Positions 33,304-37,796 of a DNA stretch of 37,796 nucleotides are shown here, piece by piece. Position 1 is the stretch's first letter; the number at the start of each line of letters is the position of its first letter. Source of the DNA: a virus (taxonomy: Duplodnaviria; Caudoviricetes); the IMG/VR virus record IMGVR_UViG_3300027038_000043, positions 1 through 37,796 of that record. The stretch is one strand, 5' to 3'. The notes below the pieces were generated by a model that saw only the letters and a program-made list of their open reading frames with translations, was not told the origin of the DNA and made no database searches. The position numbers and the translations under genes are program-made.

Positions 33304-33341
33304 GCACCGCCAGCCCCATATGTCCAGGCTAGGAGAAGCGC

Positions 33342-33755
33342 GTGAAGATTGAAATTTTCGGCGTGCTGGAAATGACCAAGAAATTGAGGAAATACCAGGA
33401 GCAGTTTCCTGGTCGTGTTGGCAATGCGCTTCGAGTGGAGACTGAAATAGATACGAAAGAAGCAAAGAAAAGAACTCCCGTGTGGACAGGTCAAACAGGA
33501 ATAGGATATCCAATTCCTGGTGTTCTACGAGCTTCTGTTCATGCAGAAGGTCCTTTCTATGAAGGAACAAAGATATCGTGTAGTATAGTTGCTGGTGGAC
33601 TAGCGGGTGCGTATGCTATGCGACAGCATGAAGAACTTGATTGGTTTCATCCAGTTGGGCAAGCGAAATACATCGAAAGTGTTATCATGGAATCAAGATC
33701 TACAATGGGTGCTCGTGTAGCCAGGCGACTTCAACGTACGCATAAGATAATCTGA
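33342..33755 (+). CDS. HK97 gp10-like tail completion protein
   Basis: AKKRTPV.TG...LRAS, YAMRQHE, GQAKYIE. Confidence 0.8.
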   Translation: MKIEIFGVLEMTKKLRKYQEQFPGRVGNALRVETEIDTKEAKKRTPVWTGQTGIGYPIPGVLRASVHAEGPFYEGTKISCSIVAGGLAGAYAMRQHEELDWFHPVGQAKYIESVIMESRSTMGARVARRLQRTHKII

Positions 33756-33756
33756 A

Positions 33757-34194
33757 ATGTTTACGGAAGAATTATTATCCATCTTAGTAGATGCTGGTGT
33801 AGGAACTCTTGCAACTGGAACAAACCCACCACCATTCAGTCTGTTCTCATCCTCGAAGTCACAAATTCCTGGTGGTAGTGGCCCATTTCTGAGCGTGACT
33901 GAGACAGGAGGTTCTGGTCCAGAGGGTACGCACAACTCCACCAAAATGCCAGCATATCAACGACCAAATGCACAACTCGTTGTTCGAGCGTCTACTTATG
34001 CAGTGGCGCGAGCAATGGCAATGGCTGCATATGCTGCGTTGTTTCCTGTACGAAATCGCTTTGTCATGGGTTGTTGGTGGCGACAAGTCATTATCTTACA
34101 AGAGCCATTTGATATGGGTCTAGATGCAACAAGTCGAGCCACTTGTGGTTTCAACATCGCAGTGACAAAACGACCAAATGCTGCGATGAGTTAG
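33757..34194 (+). CDS. tail terminator (minor capsid-like family)
   Basis: ETGG.GP, QRPNAQLVVRA..Y..A, QEPFDMGLD...R...FN. Confidence 0.8.
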   Translation: MFTEELLSILVDAGVGTLATGTNPPPFSLFSSSKSQIPGGSGPFLSVTETGGSGPEGTHNSTKMPAYQRPNAQLVVRASTYAVARAMAMAAYAALFPVRNRFVMGCWWRQVIILQEPFDMGLDATSRATCGFNIAVTKRPNAAMS

Positions 34195-34254
34195 GAGATC
34201 ATGAATTGAAATGATCGTCGTTAAAATTCTCAGATTTGTTAAAGGAGAGTCTCA

Positions 34255-34890
34255 ATGAGCAATGCTGTTACAGCAACTGGAATTCTGATTAAGCGTGGAG
34301 AGCTTACTCCGCCAGCAGGAAAGACTATCACATCAAATACTATTGGATCCCCAACAGTTCTTTTGTTTGCTGCTCCACATGGGTTTGTGGATGGTGACGA
34401 AATCACTATCACTGGAGTAACAGGTTCAACACCAACTATAAATGGTGATTGGGTCGTGACTGTCGTTGATCCAACCCACATTTCGGTTCCTGTGATCACG
34501 ACAGTTGGTGGAACTGGTGGATCAGCTGTACAAAATTTCGCAACTATTGGTGAACTGACAGAAGTGACACCTGGTGGAATGAGCCGAAACAAGATTGAAA
34601 CAACGACTCATAATGACGGAGCTGAAAGCCATGTGTTGGGAATTCTACGAAATTCCGACCCTGGTATGAAAATCAACTATGTTGGCACTGATGCAACTCA
34701 TGTTCTGGTTGTTGCTGATATTGTTGAAAATCGGAAAGCGAATTGGCGTATCCTATTTCCATCTGGTGTTTCGCGAACCGGACAAGGGTATGTACAACAA
34801 TTCATGTTTGATCCAGCAACTCCCGATTCGAAACAGGGAGCAACTCTTGCGATTACGTGGGCAGGTCCAGTCACAGAAGTAGCAGCATAG
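34255..34890 (+). CDS. major tail tube protein with inserted small beta domain
   Basis: AAGGAG SD; IGELTEVTPGG.SR..IETT, NWRILFP...GYV; insert PHGFVDGDEITITGV.G...INGDW.V. Confidence 0.85.
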   Translation: MSNAVTATGILIKRGELTPPAGKTITSNTIGSPTVLLFAAPHGFVDGDEITITGVTGSTPTINGDWVVTVVDPTHISVPVITTVGGTGGSAVQNFATIGELTEVTPGGMSRNKIETTTHNDGAESHVLGILRNSDPGMKINYVGTDATHVLVVADIVENRKANWRILFPSGVSRTGQGYVQQFMFDPATPDSKQGATLAITWAGPVTEVAA

Positions 34891-34913
34891 ATTAGAGAAG
34901 AAGGAGCAGCAGG

Positions 34914-35144
34914 ATGTTTACCATTAAGCATACAGAAGAGAATGGAAGATCCAATATGTTTCTCGCCTTGTCAGTACATTTTGACCCAGGCGAGAAACAA
35001 CTTGTTGCATATGGTTCACCAGGGCCAAATGAAGGAGCTCGGCATGATGGTGTAATTCGATTTGGTGATGGACACATCTACGTAATGAATGATGCGGGAA
35101 AAACAGTAGCAGTGTATGTTCTTAGTGGAAGCAGAAGCATATAA
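34914..35144 (+). CDS. hypothetical protein
   Basis: AAGGAG SD; YVMNDAGKTVA motif. Confidence 0.7.
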   Translation: MFTIKHTEENGRSNMFLALSVHFDPGEKQLVAYGSPGPNEGARHDGVIRFGDGHIYVMNDAGKTVAVYVLSGSRSI

Positions 35145-35160
35145 GAAGTAGGAGAATAAC

Positions 35161-35571
35161 ATGTCTGAAGAACGATTACTCACAATAGATGAAATGTTGG
35201 CAGCAGAAGATGTTTCTTACGTTACTGTTCCTGTTCCTGAGTGGAGTTCTAATGGCGTATCCGGATCTGTCAGATTCGGCTCGATTGATGCTGGTACAAT
35301 GATCGAATTTGCTGAATTCAGTTCATCACCAGATGGTGATCAAAATGCAACAATTCGGTTAATTATTCAAAGTCTAGTTGATGCAGATGGGAAGCGGCTA
35401 GTTCAAAAAGAACATGTGGTTAACTACATACCTCTCTTCATGAAAAAAGGCGTTCGAGTAATGAATCGTCTTCTTGACGCTGTAATGGCATTGAATGATA
35501 TCAAGATCGGACGAGTCCAAATAAAAAACGCCTTAAGCGAAGCAGCCATAGGCTCTTCGCCCACAGAATAG
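35161..35571 (+). CDS. tail assembly chaperone (gpG-like)
   Basis: VPVPEW...V, SLVDADGKRL, ends near a KN slippery site. Confidence 0.85.
   Translation: MSEERLLTIDEMLAAEDVSYVTVPVPEWSSNGVSGSVRFGSIDAGTMIEFAEFSSSPDGDQNATIRLIIQSLVDADGKRLVQKEHVVNYIPLFMKKGVRVMNRLLDAVMALNDIKIGRVQIKNALSEAAIGSSPTE
35523..35529 (+). other. programmed -1 frameshift site A AAA AAC
   Basis: In-frame ATA AAA AAC; the -1 frame is open from here (KKRLKRSSHRLFAHRIA...) into the 35595-35918 ORF. Confidence 0.85.
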
Positions 35572-35918
35572 CAGCAGAGCGTGGCATCGTTAATGTGGAC
35601 CGTATGCTTCGTACTCTTACTGCGAAGCAATTTCTCGAACTTCGTGCATATGATGAAATAGAACCATTTGGTGAAGCACGTACTGATCTACGTTTTGCTA
35701 TTCTTGCTTCTGTTGTTGCTGGATCTTTGGGAGCATCAAGTAGGGATGGGAAACCTTATACAGCGAATACTTTCTTACGAAGTCTGTATGGTGATGAAAT
35801 CGAGGAAAAGAAGGAACCAGGGAAATCTAAAATTCAGTCTGTTGCGGAAATGGAACAACATCTAAAAGACTGGATTGATGTTTCAAATAAGATTCGTAAG
35901 GAAAAAAGACTATCATGA
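35523..35918 (+). CDS. tail assembly chaperone frameshift extension (gpGT-like)
   Basis: VDRML..LT..QF.E..AY..IEPFGE.R.DLRFA motif; reached by -1 frameshift. Confidence 0.8.
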   Translation, partial: KKRLKRSSHRLFAHRIAAERGIVNVDRMLRTLTAKQFLELRAYDEIEPFGEARTDLRFAILASVVAGSLGASSRDGKPYTANTFLRSLYGDEIEEKKEPGKSKIQSVAEMEQHLKDWIDVSNKIRKEKRLS

Positions 35919-37796
35919 GTGAAATGCTTGATATTGGAACTCTTGGTGGACGAATCGAACTAGATAATCGATTGTCGACCCAGCTAAATCAGGCAGCCAA
36001 TAGTGTAGCAAGATGGGGAAAAGAATCTCTTGGCTCATTTGCGGGAGTTGCGGTGGCAGCTGGTGTTGTAACTACAGCAGTTGTTGCTATAGGTGCGACT
36101 ATTTCAGGTCTTGCTTCTAAAGGATCTGAAATAAATGAAATCGCTGGGAACTTTGAGAGGTTGGCTACTAGAGCAAATGCTGTAAACGAAGCATATGGAT
36201 CTCTTGCTCAAGCAACAGCAAATGTGAATGACAGTTTACTTGATACAAACGCTGGAGCAAAATTATCAGTTGACATCCTCGAAGCGATGCGCCACGGAGT
36301 GGCTGGTACAGTAACAGATCTAGATCTAATGACTCAAGCTAACAAGATGTTGGCAGCTGGAGTCAAAGGAAATGCCGGGGATTTTGGCACCTTAATGCAA
36401 GCGTCTCGAGTTCTTTCCAATCAGGGATTCGGCCCGCTCGAAACAATCATGTCACAGATTGATCGTGGTATGATTACAGGATCTGCTGGGAGACTGAGTC
36501 GTATTGGGCTTACTCTTGACATGGCTGAAGGCGAGCAAAATTATGCTGATTCTCTTGGGAAGTCTACTGGTCAGCTGACCTCTCTTGAAAAGAAAGAAGC
36601 AAATCGAATTACGATTTTGACTGCAACAAGAAAATTAGTGGCAGATGCTGGTGAACAAGAACTTTCATTTGCCAATAAGATAGATGCTGTCAAAACGTCT
36701 ATCATGAATTGGGTGAATTCGTTAGAAGGAGCAATTTCTCGATCAGAAGAAGTAAATCGTGCATTTGGAACAATACAAGATGCAATTCTGAAGACATTTG
36801 GTGGTGATAGCGCCAACATGATGGAGATGATTATTAAGTGGACCAATAATTTTGCCGACGCAGTGACCGAATATGGTCCTAGCGTCATTGCAACATTTGG
36901 TCATATCAAAGACGCAATTTTTGGAATTTGGAATACAGTATTAGGTGCGTGGAATTCATTGCCTGATTGGTTGAAAGGTATTGCCAAAGAGGCTGTTCTT
37001 GCGACAGCCGCTGTATGGTTAACTAGCAAAGCTGTTGGGGCTGTACAAGGAACTATAGCAGGATTTGTAGGGGGAGGGGGAGGCGGAGGTGGGAGTTTGT
37101 TTGACACAATTGCTGGATCAGCAACAATTGCTAGTGGTACAATTGACACTGTTCGTGTAGCTTCAGGATCACTAATACCAAAATTAAAAGAGATGGGTAA
37201 ACTGTTTTCTATCCCAACTCCAACAATAGTTAGTGGTGGATTTCAAGAATTTCTGGTATCTACTGCATCAGCTTCAACTATTGCTGCAACTGCGATGGCT
37301 CCATGGGTCATTGGCATTGCTGCTGTTTCTGCTGCCGTTGGAATTGGGTGGCAAGCATGGAAATTATGGGGAGAAAATGCTGAGAGAGCTAAAGACAAAG
37401 CGGCACAAACTGCTGTAGAACTTGCTCAGCTCGACCTAGTGAATAAACGACTTGGCACTTCTTTCACAAATTTGAATGAAGCGTTGAAGGAAGGAGCTAA
37501 ACGACAAAAAGAGACAAAAGATGCTGCAGAATCAACAAGAGTAACTCTAGAAGCTCTAAACGGGATTACCAAAGAACGAAAAGCAAAAATTGATGCTCTT
37601 ACTAACTCTATGCTTGATGCGACAACTGATACCGATGTGTTATCAGATGCGTTTGCAAAGATGAATACGATTAATAAATACACTATTCAAGGACAACAAA
37701 TTCTTCTCCCACTGATGGATAAGCGGATTTCTCTTGGTGGAAAACTTACAAAAGCTGAATCTGACTATTATGATGTAACAACGACTAGTAATATCA
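35915..37796 (+). CDS. tail tape measure protein, 3' truncated
   Basis: ATG overlapping the chaperone stop (MSEMLDIGTLGGRIELD...); Ala/Gly-rich helical sequence. Absent from the ORF track, consistent with no stop before the window end. Confidence 0.9.
   Translation, partial: MSEMLDIGTLGGRIELDNRLSTQLNQAANSVARWGKESLGSFAGVAVAAGVVTTAVVAIGATISGLASKGSEINEIAGNFERLATRANAVNEAYGSLAQATANVNDSLLDTNAGAKLSVDILEAMRHGVAGTVTDLDLMTQANKMLAAGVKGNAGDFGTLMQASRVLSNQGFGPLETIMSQIDRGMITGSAGRLSRIGLTLDMAEGEQNYADSLGKSTGQLTSLEKKEANRITILTATRKLVADAGEQELSFANKIDAVKTSIMNWVNSLEGAISRSEEVNRAFGTIQDAILKTFGGDSANMMEMIIKWTNNFADAVTEYGPSVIATFGHIKDAIFGIWNTVLGAWNSLPDWLKGIAKEAVLATAAVWLTSKAVGAVQGTIAGFVGGGGGGGGSLFDTIAGSATIASGTIDTVRVASGSLIPKLKEMGKLFSIPTPTIVSGGFQEFLVSTASASTIAATAMAPWVIGIAAVSAAVGIGWQAWKLWGENAERAKDKAAQTAVELAQLDLVNKRLGTSFTNLNEALKEGAKRQKETKDAAESTRVTLEALNGITKERKAKIDALTNSMLDATTDTDVLSDAFAKMNTINKYTIQGQQILLPLMDKRISLGGKLTKAESDYYDVTTTSNI

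Noticed and set aside
33898-33930. TGGSGP in the tail terminator as another tag
   Set aside because: The TGG..P motif is a normal feature of this tail protein family and has no upstream consensus site.
8415-37683. Numerous minus-strand ORFs in the structural region
   Set aside because: They are antisense shadows of long, motif-supported plus-strand genes.
1-37796. Stop-codon reassignment or diversity-generating retroelement
   Set aside because: TAA, TAG and TGA all terminate well-supported genes; no reverse transcriptase or adenine-variable repeat pair was seen in the window.

Overview
This window is about 38 kb of a tailed dsDNA phage genome with siphovirus-type gene order. Left to right it contains: (1) the 3' part of a VapE-like primase/helicase, a T5orf172/GIY-YIG gene and an iteron-like region; (2) two small leftward genes; (3) a roughly 650-bp non-coding repeat block between divergent sigma70-like promoters; (4) a GC-rich array of small genes, the first of which are each preceded by a conserved double-hairpin element; (5) HNH-AP2, terminase small and large subunits, small accessory genes and a 1711-aa portal; (6) a fibre/decoration cluster, a 1291-aa all-cargo polyprotein, MuF, a 1082-aa protease-scaffold, capsid genes, head-tail connectors, tail tube, frameshifted tail chaperones and the start of the tape measure gene. 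The main candidate novel system is a set of 14 Gly-rich tags (11 GGPGSGP, 3 GxxxSGNxxHxGRPGExGGSG) across four head-module proteins. Most tags follow an [LIPVF]-[RK]-x-[AL]-like site that also occurs near the N-termini of the capsid and portal. They delimit effector-like modules: two ADP-ribosyltransferase folds, two GNATs, two ParB/Srx domains, an Acb1-like 2H phosphoesterase, a pterin-carbinolamine dehydratase, a Zn finger and a His-rich helical module present twice. This suggests protease-released, capsid-packaged cargo. All family assignments are by-eye motif recognition; no database search was run.
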